Shown: positions 44,482 to 54,130, counted from the stretch's first letter. The stretch is DNA of 64,000 nucleotides from Acidobacteriota bacterium (GCA_965216935.1 OZ244217.1:2512741-2576740), one strand, 5' to 3'. Notes: generated by a model from the sequence alone, not told the origin. Translations and numbers: made by a program.

Positions 44482-45173
44482 AGCTCGCGCTGCTGTCCGA
44501 CGCCCACTGCAACGCGGTCGGGCTGGCCGTCTGCCTGGCCCGCATCGACGAGATGCAGGTCGATGCGACCTTCTTTCTGGGCGACGCGGTCGGATACCTC
44601 TCGCGTCCTGCGGACACCTTGGAGGCGCTCGAGGCCGCGTCCGTGGCCTGCCAGAAGGGTAATCACGAGGCAATGTTGCTGGGTGAGCTGCAGCTGGACC
44701 CGGGACGGGATCGCTGGTACCGGTTGGCAGCCCAGCGGCGCGAGCTTGACGACACCGCAACGGGCGCGATGGCCGCCTGGCCCACGGTTCGGGAGCTCGA
44801 GGTCGACGGCGCGCGCATCTTGCTGAGCCACGGATCGCCCGCGCCCTCGATCGACGAGCGCGTCCACGAGGACACGCCGTGGTCTCCTCCGAGCGACTTC
44901 CTCTACGACGTGGTCTTCATTGGCCATACCCACCGCCCCTTCATTCGACGGGAGGGCGACGTGCAACTGGTCAACGTGGGCTCGTGCGGGATGCCGCGTG
45001 ACCGCGGTGATCTGGCCTCGTTCGTGGTCTACGAGGGCGAGTCCGGCACGGTTCGTATCTACCGGGTACCGTTCGACGTCGAGCGGACGTTGAGGCGCCA
45101 CGGAGACGGCGTCGCGGCCGAGGTGAGGTCGGTGTTCGCGCGACGGGAGCCGTTCCACGGCGAGGTTCTCTAA
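44478..45173 (+). CDS. Calcineurin-like metallophosphoesterase (YfcE-like)
   Basis: In frame with track ORF 44334..45173. GTG 44478 overlaps the epimerase stop (GTGA). Motifs LLSDAHCN, FLGDAVGY, GNHE, IGHTH. Confidence 0.8.
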   Translation: MKLALLSDAHCNAVGLAVCLARIDEMQVDATFFLGDAVGYLSRPADTLEALEAASVACQKGNHEAMLLGELQLDPGRDRWYRLAAQRRELDDTATGAMAAWPTVRELEVDGARILLSHGSPAPSIDERVHEDTPWSPPSDFLYDVVFIGHTHRPFIRREGDVQLVNVGSCGMPRDRGDLASFVVYEGESGTVRIYRVPFDVERTLRRHGDGVAAEVRSVFARREPFHGEVL

Positions 45174-45176
45174 CGG

Positions 45177-45290
45177 GCTCCTACAGAGTCTGTCGTGCTT
45201 CTACCGAGTCTGGCTGCTTCTACAGAATCTGTCGTGCTTCCACAGAGTCTGGCGGGCTCCCACAGAGTCCGTCGGGCTTCTCGCTGCCTT
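45177..45290. repeat. Intergenic tandem repeat, 19-20-nt unit x5 (CTACAGAGTCTGTCGTGCTT-like)
   Basis: Copies at 45181-45200, 45201-45219, 45220-45239, 45240-45259 and 45260-45279, plus a degenerate tail. Fills the whole gap between two convergent genes. Confidence 0.9.
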
Positions 45291-46598
45291 CTACTCCGGA
45301 TGGGCGGTAAACGCTTCGGTCAGGCGCTCGATCGTGTCGTCGACGATACGCCGGGCGCGGTCGTCGCCGACGAGGGCGCGGTCGTAGGTGAAGCTCAACG
45401 ACGAAGTCGGGCCGACGGACGCGGCCCCCAAGCAAATGGCTCGCGTCCCCTGGATGCCGCTGGATTCCACCACCGAGATTCGCTCGAGCCGGAGGTCGCC
45501 ATAGCGCTCGAAGAAATCGAGGCGGCCGAGGTTGGCGACGATCGCTGCCGCCCTGGCGCGCTTCTTCAGTCGATTCGCGAAGCGGCGACCATCGTTGGCG
45601 TGCCTGCCCGCCGCCTCGGCTCGGCGGGCCAGATCGAAGACCTCGCCTTCGCGCACGGCTGCCCGGATGGCCTCGGAGATCTCGGCGGCGAGGTCGAACA
45701 GCAACGTGTGCTCGTGCACCCGGTGTCCCGTCAGCGCGTGAGAGACGAGGTTGCCTGCCGCCGCCGGGCGCAGGTCGCCGGGCCGCCTCAGGTCGACGGG
45801 CGTGTCGCAGCCCAGGAACACGTCCGCGCGGCCCTCGTACTTGCGCATGTCCTCGCGAATGGCCTGGAGCAGCGCAGCGCAGAGCGTGCCGTGAACGGTC
45901 GTACCGTGAGAACGTGCCCGTCGCCCGAGTTCGTCAACCGCGGCGCCGTCGAGGGCGGCATCGATGAGGCCCGTCTCGGCGTTCGTGGCTCCTTCCCGCG
46001 GCGACGTTTCAAGTGGCGCCGACTCGAGCGGCGACAGCACATCCATCCGCGATCCTTGCCGAGCCAGTCGACGCGACGTAAGGAACGCCGCCCAGCGAGA
46101 ACCGGCGAGCATCTCGGCCGGCGGCGCCAGAACCTCGTCGGCGGCCACCGCCGGGTGCGCCTCGCCGCCGTGGATCCGCAGCATGTCCTCGAGGACGGCC
46201 GAGCCGCTGACGCCGTCCGCGACCGCACGATGGAACGCAACGACGAGGTCCGATCGATCATCGCCCGCCAGCAACGTGGCTCGCAGCGGTGGGGCTTCCG
46301 ATGTCGGAATCCGCTCGGTCGATTGAGCGAGCGCCGTAGCCCGCCAGGCCCCCGGCTCCCACGGCACGACATCGAGGGGCAGGGGAGCGTCCGTCGTTAC
46401 GAACGCCGGCTCGGGCTCGGTCTCGACGATCGAGCCCAGGTGCGGATACCGGACGCGAATTGCCTGCATCGCCGCCGACAGGCGATGTGGCTCGACTTGC
46501 CCGCGAACCGTCGCTACCAGGACCAGGTTTCGTCCCGTCGCCCGGCCGATCAGCCAGTGCCATCGTTCCAAGCCGGTCAGGGGTCTCCGCCACCTCAT
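45291..46598 (-). CDS. Condensation-domain-like acyltransferase (PapA5-like) with variant HRxxxDG motif
   Basis: Track ORF 45291..46598. N-terminal LTGLERWHW...VRGQVEPHRLSAAMQAIRVRYPHLGS resembles C-domain starts. VVAFHRAVADGVSG aligns to HHxxxDG with the second His replaced by Arg. Confidence 0.6.
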   Translation of the reverse strand: MRWRRPLTGLERWHWLIGRATGRNLVLVATVRGQVEPHRLSAAMQAIRVRYPHLGSIVETEPEPAFVTTDAPLPLDVVPWEPGAWRATALAQSTERIPTSEAPPLRATLLAGDDRSDLVVAFHRAVADGVSGSAVLEDMLRIHGGEAHPAVAADEVLAPPAEMLAGSRWAAFLTSRRLARQGSRMDVLSPLESAPLETSPREGATNAETGLIDAALDGAAVDELGRRARSHGTTVHGTLCAALLQAIREDMRKYEGRADVFLGCDTPVDLRRPGDLRPAAAGNLVSHALTGHRVHEHTLLFDLAAEISEAIRAAVREGEVFDLARRAEAAGRHANDGRRFANRLKKRARAAAIVANLGRLDFFERYGDLRLERISVVESSGIQGTRAICLGAASVGPTSSLSFTYDRALVGDDRARRIVDDTIERLTEAFTAHPE

Positions 46599-46621
46599 GC
46601 GGAGATACTACTCCCGCGGCA

Positions 46622-46867
46622 TCAGTCGCCGGTTTCCTTCAAGGCGTGGCTCGCATCGGCGCCGAAGTCGACGCCGTAGACGTCGCGCAGCTGGGCGATC
46701 TTTTCGAGTGTCTGCGGGCCGAACGCCGAGCGGCCCTCGAAGGCGTGCAGAACGATCCCCTCGAGGAGATCCCCCAGGGTCATGTCCAGGTACTCGGCCA
46801 ACCCCTTGAGGACCTTGATTAGTCGCTTCTCGATGCGGACGCCGGTTTGGACACGTTCGACCTTCAT
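46622..46867 (-). CDS. Small (81 aa) hypothetical protein
   Basis: In frame with track ORF 46622..46942. ATG 46867 is preceded by CAGGAGC. Translation MKVERVQTGVRIEKRLIKVLKGLAEYLDMTLGDLLEGIVLHAFEG... Function not recognised. Confidence 0.55.
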   Translation of the reverse strand: MKVERVQTGVRIEKRLIKVLKGLAEYLDMTLGDLLEGIVLHAFEGRSAFGPQTLEKIAQLRDVYGVDFGADASHALKETGD

Positions 46868-46967
46868 GCGGAGTGCTCCTGCTGTATGGGTACCTTTGTA
46901 CCAATATAGCGCAGGTGGCGGGCGGTGCCGCGTCGGGAGCACGATCAGGTTGAGCGGGCCCGGCCGG

Positions 46968-48140
46968 CTATTCGAACGGCTCCACCAGCCGGTAGCGAAC
47001 CGGCTCGTCCTCGTCGCTCATCGGGTTGCGGCGGAGCGCGTAGACGAAATCACCGGCGGCATCGGTCCACCGGATCGACGGCATCGTGCCGGCGAACAGA
47101 CGTGATCCTTCGGCGTCGTAAACGTCTACCGCGACCTCGTCCGGCGCACTGGTGAACGGTGGTTGCATGAAAAAGACATACAGGTGGCCGTGACCGTCGA
47201 CCGCCAGCCGCTGGACGGAGCCGATGTGGCTCGGCCACTCCGTCTCGCTCGTGTCGAGATCGGGAAAGTTACCCCGCAGCGCATCGATGACGTGCGCACG
47301 GTGCTCCTCGGTGAGCGGTGGTCGCGGGCGCGCGACCCGTAGCGCCCACCGGCCGCTGCCATCGGCCGCCAGGGCGAGTATCTGGTACTCGTCGCCGGGA
47401 GAGGGGTACACGAGGCCGTCCTTGGTAGCGGTGTAGGTGGCTTCACCGGTGGGGTTGGCCAGGCCGATACGGCCGACCATGAAGTTCCCGGACCGCGGCA
47501 GGCCAACGTACTCGTGCAGCAACTCCCCATCGATCGAAACGCCGACGACCGAACGGATCGAGCCGCTCTCGGTTCGTTGGATGGTCTCCGCCAGAATCGT
47601 CTCGTTCGCCACGCCGGCGAGGAGTCCCGCGACGCGGGTCTCGGTGATCGAGTGGTCGCCCGAGTGCTCGCCATCGGGCCCCCACACGGAGAAGCGCGAC
47701 TGCGCCCCGTCGTATGCGACCATCAGGTCACCGGCGACGACGGCGTCGACTTGAGTAAAACCGCCACGGGCAGGACGAAATTCCCCCGGGCCGCTACCCT
47801 CGGCGCCCAGCGTGCGCACGTACTCACCGGCGGGATCGAACACCTGAATGCGAGAGTTGCCACCGTCGAGGACGTAGATCAACCCGCGCGAATCGACGCG
47901 GACCAGCCGCGGGTTGAAGAAGGTGTAGTTGTCGTCGCCTGGGCGCGCCGCAATGGCGAGGTCTTCCTCGAGCTCGACGCGGTTGCCGGCGCGGTCCGCC
48001 TCGGTCGCCTCCGGCAGGCCGATCACGCGGACGCCCTCGGGAACCGCGATCGTCCAATCCGCGAACACGAGAGGATCGGCGCACGCGCACGTGAAGCACG
48101 CGATCCCCGCCAGCAGAAGTCGAGAGAGGCAGTCTCGCAT
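46968..48140 (-). CDS. NHL-repeat / six-bladed beta-propeller lipoprotein
   Basis: Track ORF 46968..48140. Lipoprotein-like LLAGIACFTCAC. NHL-like LIYVLDGGNSRIQVFDPAGEYVRTLGAEGSGPGEF. Confidence 0.7.
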   Translation of the reverse strand: MRDCLSRLLLAGIACFTCACADPLVFADWTIAVPEGVRVIGLPEATEADRAGNRVELEEDLAIAARPGDDNYTFFNPRLVRVDSRGLIYVLDGGNSRIQVFDPAGEYVRTLGAEGSGPGEFRPARGGFTQVDAVVAGDLMVAYDGAQSRFSVWGPDGEHSGDHSITETRVAGLLAGVANETILAETIQRTESGSIRSVVGVSIDGELLHEYVGLPRSGNFMVGRIGLANPTGEATYTATKDGLVYPSPGDEYQILALAADGSGRWALRVARPRPPLTEEHRAHVIDALRGNFPDLDTSETEWPSHIGSVQRLAVDGHGHLYVFFMQPPFTSAPDEVAVDVYDAEGSRLFAGTMPSIRWTDAAGDFVYALRRNPMSDEDEPVRYRLVEPFE

Positions 48141-48301
48141 GTTGTCTACGATAGCGAGGGCGCGAAGGGAGTTCCAGGCCGGCCCGGTCAGGCCGACCCG
48201 GCCAGGCCGACGCGGTCAGCGCCGATCCGGCCCGCGGCGCAGGCGGCACCGATGCGAAGGTGACGGCGCCGCTCCCTCGCCAGACAGCGCTCGGGCGGGG
48301 T

Positions 48302-49186
48302 TCACGGCCCCGGTCGGTTGGTCGTCAGGCGCACCTCGAACAGCTTGGGCCACAGCTTGCCGGTGACGTAGAGGTGACCGTTGTTCGGGTTGTAGGCGAT
48401 GCCGTTGAGCACGGCGTCGGGGTCGCGCGGCCGCTCGCCGGCGAGCAGCTCGGAAAAGTCCAGTCTTCCGACGACGGCGCCGGTGTCCGGGTCGATTTGC
48501 AGGACGTCGTCGCTGTACCAGACGTTGGCGAAGATCAGGCCACCGACGTATTCGAGCTCGTTGATGTCGTCGATCGGTGTTCCGTCTTGGTGGACCGGCA
48601 ACGTGCCGGTGACGGCGAGGGTGCCCGGATCGAGGAAGAACAGACTTGCCGAGCCATCGCTCATGATCAGCCGGCTGCCGTCGGCGGTCAGCCCCCACCC
48701 TTCGGTCTCGTAGCTGAATTCACCGAGCGGCTCGAAGCTGGTGGCGTCGTAGATGAAGCCGCGCTTCGATAGCCAGGTGAGCTGGTAGATGCGATCGCCG
48801 AGGAGGGCGATGCCCTCGCCGAAGAACTGATCCGGCAGTTCTGTCTGCTGCTGGACCTCTCCGGTTTCGACATCGACCCGGCGCAGCCAAGACGTGCCGT
48901 ATCGGCCGGTGCCCTCGTACAGGTAGCCGGCGTGCCAGAACAGCCCCTGGGTATAGGCGGCCGTGTCGTGCGGGTGCTCCGCGACGATCTCGAAGTCGAC
49001 GGTAGGCGTGGCCACCCCGGTTCGGGGTGGAGGATTCGAAGGAGCCTGCGCCGCATCGGCACCCGGCGCCGTCGCTGAAGGAGGCGGATCGGCAGGCCGC
49101 TCGCCGACACCGCTGGAGCAGAGCGCCGTGCTCAGTACAGTGCCGAGAAAGAGGAGCAGGCTCGATGGAAAAGAGTATGGCCGCAT
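48302..49186 (-). CDS. Glutaminyl-peptide cyclotransferase (bacterial/plant beta-propeller type), secreted
   Basis: Track ORF 48302..49186. Signal/lipobox region. Family-typical YTQGLFWHAGYLYEGTGRYGTS.LRRVD..TGEV and NELEYVGGLIFANVW. Confidence 0.85.
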   Translation of the reverse strand: MRPYSFPSSLLLFLGTVLSTALCSSGVGERPADPPPSATAPGADAAQAPSNPPPRTGVATPTVDFEIVAEHPHDTAAYTQGLFWHAGYLYEGTGRYGTSWLRRVDVETGEVQQQTELPDQFFGEGIALLGDRIYQLTWLSKRGFIYDATSFEPLGEFSYETEGWGLTADGSRLIMSDGSASLFFLDPGTLAVTGTLPVHQDGTPIDDINELEYVGGLIFANVWYSDDVLQIDPDTGAVVGRLDFSELLAGERPRDPDAVLNGIAYNPNNGHLYVTGKLWPKLFEVRLTTNRPGP

Positions 49187-49292
49187 GCAGACCTTCTACC
49201 GCACTCGCGCGCCAGACTTCCAGGTCCGCGGGCGAAACTTCCGGGGCGTCGATCTCGTCATCTAGTGTGAACCCGTGAGGCTGGACTCCACC

Positions 49293-49499
49293 ATGATGAC
49301 ATTCATTCTCTGGCTGCTCTTGCTGTTCGTTTGCTGGCCGCTGGCGGTTCTTGCGGTCATCGCGTACCCGCTCGTCTGGCTGCTGCTGCTGCCGTTCCGA
49401 TTGCTGGGTGTGGCCGTCGAGGGGGCGTTCGAGTTTCTCCGCGCCCTTGTCCTGCTACCGGCCCGCATACTCAGGGGGCCGCAGGCGTTCAACGCCTGA
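49293..49499 (+). CDS. Small hydrophobic membrane protein (68 aa)
   Basis: In frame with track ORF 49275..49499; ATG 49293. Two hydrophobic helices. Good codon-3 G/C bias. Function unknown. Confidence 0.45.
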   Translation: MMTFILWLLLLFVCWPLAVLAVIAYPLVWLLLLPFRLLGVAVEGAFEFLRALVLLPARILRGPQAFNA

Positions 49500-49740
49500 C
49501 GCATTCACGAACTCGCCGCGCCGCAGATACACCCCCGCCGGAGTCGCAGCTTGGTCGCCGGCGGTTTCGGCGCGTCCCGTAGTGTCGCGGCGACGAGTTC
49601 GTGCTTCCGGGTTTCGACGGGGAGCCGCCCGAGGCTTTCCATCATACGCTTGAAAGTGCCTCGGAGACACGGCACCCTTTCACAATCCCCACGGCAAACC
49701 CTGAGATGCTCCCCGTCCGGCCACTACTACCGGTGGCGGC

Positions 49741-51408
49741 ATGCCTCGCTTCCTGGCGGAGATGATGGTGAAGAAACGCCTGGGCAAGCTGTTCAAAACG
49801 ACCGCGAAGCTGGTGCTGCTCGTCGGGCTCGGCGTCGCGGCCTGGTACGGATATCAGGCCTATAGTCCGGTCGAAGAAGACGACGGTCTCGGCTCTCTCC
49901 CGGTCGCCGTAGCGGAGACCCGGGACATCACCGTCAGCGTCCAGGCAACCGGGGTGTTGCGTCCGATCAAGATCGTCGAGATCAAGTCGAAGGCTTCGGG
50001 TGAGATCCTCCACATGCCGGTGGAGATGGGCGACGTCGTCGCCGCCGGCGACCTGATCGCCCAGATCGACACCGAGATTCTCGACCAGGAGCTCAAACAG
50101 GTTCAGGCCGACTACGAGAGCGCCGTCGTGCGCCTGGATATCGCCCGGAGCCAGTACGAGCGGGCGCAGTCCCTTTTCGCCCAGGACCTGATTTCCGAGG
50201 ACGCGCTGGAGAACAACCAGCAGAGCTACACCAGCGCCGAGGCCCAGATGCTTCGCGCGGAAGCCTCTCTCGATCTGGCCAAGGAGCGCCTGGCGGACGC
50301 CACGGTTCGTGCCCCGTCCGCCGGAACGATTATCAACAAGACGGTCGAAGAGGGGCAGATCATCGCCTCCTCCACGAACAACGTCTCCGGTGGGACGACA
50401 CTCGTGCAGATGGCCGACCTGTCGCAAATGGAGGTGCGGACGCTCGTCGACGAGGTCGACATCGGCCAGGTTCGAGCGGGGCTCGCGGTCGACAGCAAGG
50501 TCGAGGCGTTCGCAGATGAGCGTTTCGAGGGCGAGGTCGTCAAGATCGAGCCGCTTGCCGAGATCCAGCAATCGGTGACGACCTTTCCGGTGCTTTCGCG
50601 CATCGACAATTCCTCCGGCAAGTTGCTTCCGGGGATGAACGCCGACGTTTCGATCATCGTGCACCGAAAGCCGGGCGTATTGACGGTTCCGAACGAGGCC
50701 GTGCGCACCCCCTCGGACGCGGCGGAGGTGCAGCGGATGCTGGGCCTGGTTGCCGACACCGGTACCGACCGGAGTGGTGGCGGCCGCGGCGGCGGGGGTG
50801 GTCAGCGGGGCGGCGAGGGCTTCGAAGGGCGTGACGGCGGAAGTGCTGGAGCCGGGGACGGCGCGGCGGGCCGAGGCGGGAGCGACGCCGGCCGTGGCGG
50901 GCGAGCTGGCGGCGAGGGCCGCGGCGACGAGCGCGGCGGCAGTGAAGGTCGGCGCGGCTCCGTGGGAGGCGCCCCGGGAAATGGCGATCGCGGCGGATCG
51001 TCAGCCGGGGAGCGGGGATCGGGAGCCGGCGGTACAGACATGCGTGCCCGGTTCGAGGCGATGGATCCGGCCCAGAGGGCCCGCATGTTCGCTGCGATGC
51101 GAGAGGCGAGAGAGGCAACCGACCGGGATCCTTTCGGGATAGCGGGTAGGCGTGAAGACGCCGTCGTCTTTGTCTATGACGCGCAGGGGTTACTCGCCAC
51201 CCGCGAGATCGTCGCCGGAGCGCGTGACTGGGAACACACCGAGATCCTCGAAGGGCTTGCCCCGGGTGACGAGGTCCTGCTGCTCCCCAGCACCTCGTTG
51301 CTGCGCAGTCAGGACAGGTTACGCTCGTGGGCGCGGGGCCGCAGCGGTGTCCCCGGTATCGGCGGCGGCGGTGGCCCCCCGCCCGGCGTGGGTCGCCGCG
51401 GCCGGTAG
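49741..51408 (+). CDS. Efflux-pump periplasmic adaptor (MFP/HlyD/MacA-like) with Gly/Arg-rich insert
   Basis: Track ORF 49741..51408. N-terminal TM anchor. Lipoyl/barrel motifs SKASGEILHMPVEMGDVVAAGDLIAQID and VRAPSAGTIINKTVEEGQ. About 100 aa of RGG-rich sequence near the C-terminus. Confidence 0.8.
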   Translation: MPRFLAEMMVKKRLGKLFKTTAKLVLLVGLGVAAWYGYQAYSPVEEDDGLGSLPVAVAETRDITVSVQATGVLRPIKIVEIKSKASGEILHMPVEMGDVVAAGDLIAQIDTEILDQELKQVQADYESAVVRLDIARSQYERAQSLFAQDLISEDALENNQQSYTSAEAQMLRAEASLDLAKERLADATVRAPSAGTIINKTVEEGQIIASSTNNVSGGTTLVQMADLSQMEVRTLVDEVDIGQVRAGLAVDSKVEAFADERFEGEVVKIEPLAEIQQSVTTFPVLSRIDNSSGKLLPGMNADVSIIVHRKPGVLTVPNEAVRTPSDAAEVQRMLGLVADTGTDRSGGGRGGGGGQRGGEGFEGRDGGSAGAGDGAAGRGGSDAGRGGRAGGEGRGDERGGSEGRRGSVGGAPGNGDRGGSSAGERGSGAGGTDMRARFEAMDPAQRARMFAAMREAREATDRDPFGIAGRREDAVVFVYDAQGLLATREIVAGARDWEHTEILEGLAPGDEVLLLPSTSLLRSQDRLRSWARGRSGVPGIGGGGGPPPGVGRRGR

Positions 51409-51505
51409 TCGCCGGCGGTGTGGTCCCCCGCCCGGTGTAGGTCGCCGCGGAGGTCGCCGGCAGTGGCCCTCCGCCCGGCGTAGGTCGCCGCAGTAGTCCC
51501 CGGCG
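51364..51505. repeat. Tandem repeat, ~43-49-nt unit x3, spanning the adaptor gene stop codon
   Basis: The CGCCCGG anchor recurs at 51380, 51429 and 51472. Copy 1 encodes the last residues (GGGGPPPGVGRRGR, stop TAG at 51406-51408). Copies 2-3 are extragenic. Confidence 0.8.
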
Positions 51506-51791
51506 ACTGATTCACGAGACGCCGGATTTCTTCGGCGATCCGCCGTGATGGGAAGCGCAACTCATGAATTTTTTTGGGTACGTCTGCGCATTTTTGATCA
51601 TATATACGCTACGATAGTCCACGTGCGTGACCGTAAATAAACATTGAACGCCAAAGTAGGCTTGTGTACCTTCTCCTTGGACACAGGAAAACTTCGCCGC
51701 GCACGTGCTTCCGCTGCGGATGCGCGGAGAACCCACGTGTGAGCGGCGTCGCACGGCCGCGCGCTGCGTGCGCCATGTGACGGGGTTGGGA

Positions 51792-54110
51792 ATGGGAAAC
51801 GGCCGCATCGACATCGCTCTCAGCGAGCAACCCCGCCTACCGGTAGTCCTGGCACGTTGGGTCCTGATTATCGGGATCTCCGCCACGCTGCTGTACCGTA
51901 GCGGCTCCACGCCCGGATGGCCTCAATCGCTGATCGTCGGCGTGCTGCTGGTTTCCAACGCCCTGCTGCAGGCCTTGTTGTGGCGCGGTGTGGATTGGAA
52001 GAAGGTCCGCTGGGGCTTCACCGTCGCCGACGTCTTCATCCTCGCGGTGGTCGTTTCGTTCCTTGACGCGGAAGGTGCGCCGCTCTACTTCGTCTATTTC
52101 GCCACCTTGCTGGTCGCGACGATCGTGCCGCGCCTGGGGCCCGTCGCCATGCTCACGCTGTTCGGTGGGCTGGCCTACGGCAGCCTGTTGTACGTTCAGC
52201 TGGGGCCGGCAATGTTCCGGGACCCGGGAGTGATGGTGCAGATCCCGTTCCTGCTCGCCATCGCCGTGTATTTCGGTGGCATCGTCCAGGAGGCCCGGCA
52301 CGAGCAGCAGCGGTCCCACAAGCTCGAGAGCGAGACACGACAGATCGCCGAGCGGGCGAAGCACCTGGCGAAGGAGCAGTACCGGCTGCAGGCTCTGAGT
52401 GAGATCGGGCGACTGGGGCTCAGCGGTGTTCGCTCCGACCCCGGCGCGGTGCTGTTCGACATCATCCAACGAGTACAGAAGGTCGTCGGCGTCGATCGCT
52501 GCTCGCTGGTCATCTTCGAGCGCGAAGGCGGGCAGGCGTACGTCGCCGCCAGTGGCGACGACCCGAGTGTCGAGGTCCGGGTGATCCGGCTGGAGGAGTA
52601 CCCGGAGCTCCAGGTGAGCTTGCAGCGCGGTGAGATCACCGAGCTTTATCCGGGCAAGCCGCGCGACCTGTGGAACAAGGTGCAGGAGCACCTACCACCG
52701 GCGAATCCGTTTCGCAGCTTCCTGATCGTTCCCGTCCAGAGGGGAACGCGGCTCATGGGCGCGATGTATCTGAGGGACGTCCGCACCGACCGCCGTTTCT
52801 CGGAGGACGACCGCAACTTCTGCGGCACGGCGGCGATGATGTCGGCGGCGTTCCTGCATGGGCAGGACATGCTCGAACAGCTGCGCACGCAGAGTCGTCG
52901 GGACGGGCTCACCGGACTGCTCAATTTTCAGGCCTTCACCGACGAGGCCGACCGCGCGATCCGCAAGGCCGGGCCCCACGGCGGGCCGTTCACGCTGGCC
53001 GTTGCCGACCTCGACAATCTCAAGGAGATCAACGACCAGTGGGGGCACATGTCGGGCAACCGGCTGATCATCACCGCCGGGCACGAGTTCGCCAAGGCCC
53101 TGCCGAACGCCATCGCCGTGTGTCGTTACGGCGGCGACGAGTTCGTCGCTATGGTGCCGGGCGGCAAGCAGGCTACGGCGAAGCTGCTGGACGGCTACCT
53201 GAACCATCTGTCGACCAACCCGACGGGACTGCCGAAACCTCCGCGGATCTCGATCGGTGTCGCCGAGTACACCGCCGACGGCATGAGATCCGACGAGCTG
53301 CTCGACGCCGCCGACCAGGCGATGTACCTGGCCAAGAACGACGGCGGGCACCGCGTCCAGCTCGCCGGGCGCGCCGACGGCACGGATAGCGGCGAATACG
53401 ACCGCGAGGTCCTGGAAGCGGTGGTCTCGGTCCAGACCCGGCGCTACTTGCCCGACCGCGAGGTCTCGGTGCGCGACATCCTGGCGCCGCTCGAGCAAAT
53501 CGAGAGCTCGAACCTGGACGATCCCGTCGTTCGCGAGACGCTCAGCGTGCTGATGGAGGCGGTCGAGGCCAAGGATCCGTACACGCACGCCCATTCCCGC
53601 GCCGTCTCGACGCTCGCCCGCCGCCTGGCGGGCGCGATGAGCTTTACGCCGGACGACCAGATGGCCATCGAGATCGCCGGACTGGTGCACGATGTCGGCA
53701 AGATCGGCGTACCCGAGGAGATCCTCGGCAAGGAGGGTCGTCTGAGCTCTGCCGAACGGCGCGTCGTCGAACGCCACCCCGAGATCGCGGCCCAGCTGCT
53801 CGAGCATATTCCACCGCTGCGGCGGGTCGTTCCGCTCGTGTTCCACCATCAGGAGCGCTGGGACGGGAGCGGGTATCCGACCGGGTTGCGCGGAGACGAG
53901 ATACCCGCCGGTGCCCAGGTGGTGGCGTTGTGCGATGCCTACGACGCGCTGACCTCGTCGCGGGCATTCCGCTCCGCGCTGACCCTCGAGGAGGCACGCC
54001 AGGTAATCGAGCGGGATGCCGGATCACTGTGGAACCCGGACATCGTTCGGGTGTTCTTCGAGAAGGTCGTTCCGGCCGAGCTCCCGGCTGCGCACGCCGC
54101 GGGCAGCTAG
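51792..54110 (+). CDS. Membrane-anchored GAF - GGDEF diguanylate cyclase - HD-GYP phosphodiesterase
   Basis: In frame with track ORF 51705..54110; ATG 51792. About 5 N-terminal TM helices. RYGGDEF active-site motif. HD-GYP motifs HDVGKIGVP and HHQERWDGSGYPTGL. Confidence 0.85.
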   Translation: MGNGRIDIALSEQPRLPVVLARWVLIIGISATLLYRSGSTPGWPQSLIVGVLLVSNALLQALLWRGVDWKKVRWGFTVADVFILAVVVSFLDAEGAPLYFVYFATLLVATIVPRLGPVAMLTLFGGLAYGSLLYVQLGPAMFRDPGVMVQIPFLLAIAVYFGGIVQEARHEQQRSHKLESETRQIAERAKHLAKEQYRLQALSEIGRLGLSGVRSDPGAVLFDIIQRVQKVVGVDRCSLVIFEREGGQAYVAASGDDPSVEVRVIRLEEYPELQVSLQRGEITELYPGKPRDLWNKVQEHLPPANPFRSFLIVPVQRGTRLMGAMYLRDVRTDRRFSEDDRNFCGTAAMMSAAFLHGQDMLEQLRTQSRRDGLTGLLNFQAFTDEADRAIRKAGPHGGPFTLAVADLDNLKEINDQWGHMSGNRLIITAGHEFAKALPNAIAVCRYGGDEFVAMVPGGKQATAKLLDGYLNHLSTNPTGLPKPPRISIGVAEYTADGMRSDELLDAADQAMYLAKNDGGHRVQLAGRADGTDSGEYDREVLEAVVSVQTRRYLPDREVSVRDILAPLEQIESSNLDDPVVRETLSVLMEAVEAKDPYTHAHSRAVSTLARRLAGAMSFTPDDQMAIEIAGLVHDVGKIGVPEEILGKEGRLSSAERRVVERHPEIAAQLLEHIPPLRRVVPLVFHHQERWDGSGYPTGLRGDEIPAGAQVVALCDAYDALTSSRAFRSALTLEEARQVIERDAGSLWNPDIVRVFFEKVVPAELPAAHAAGS

Positions 54111-54130
54111 CAGGCCGGGTGGACCGCGTT

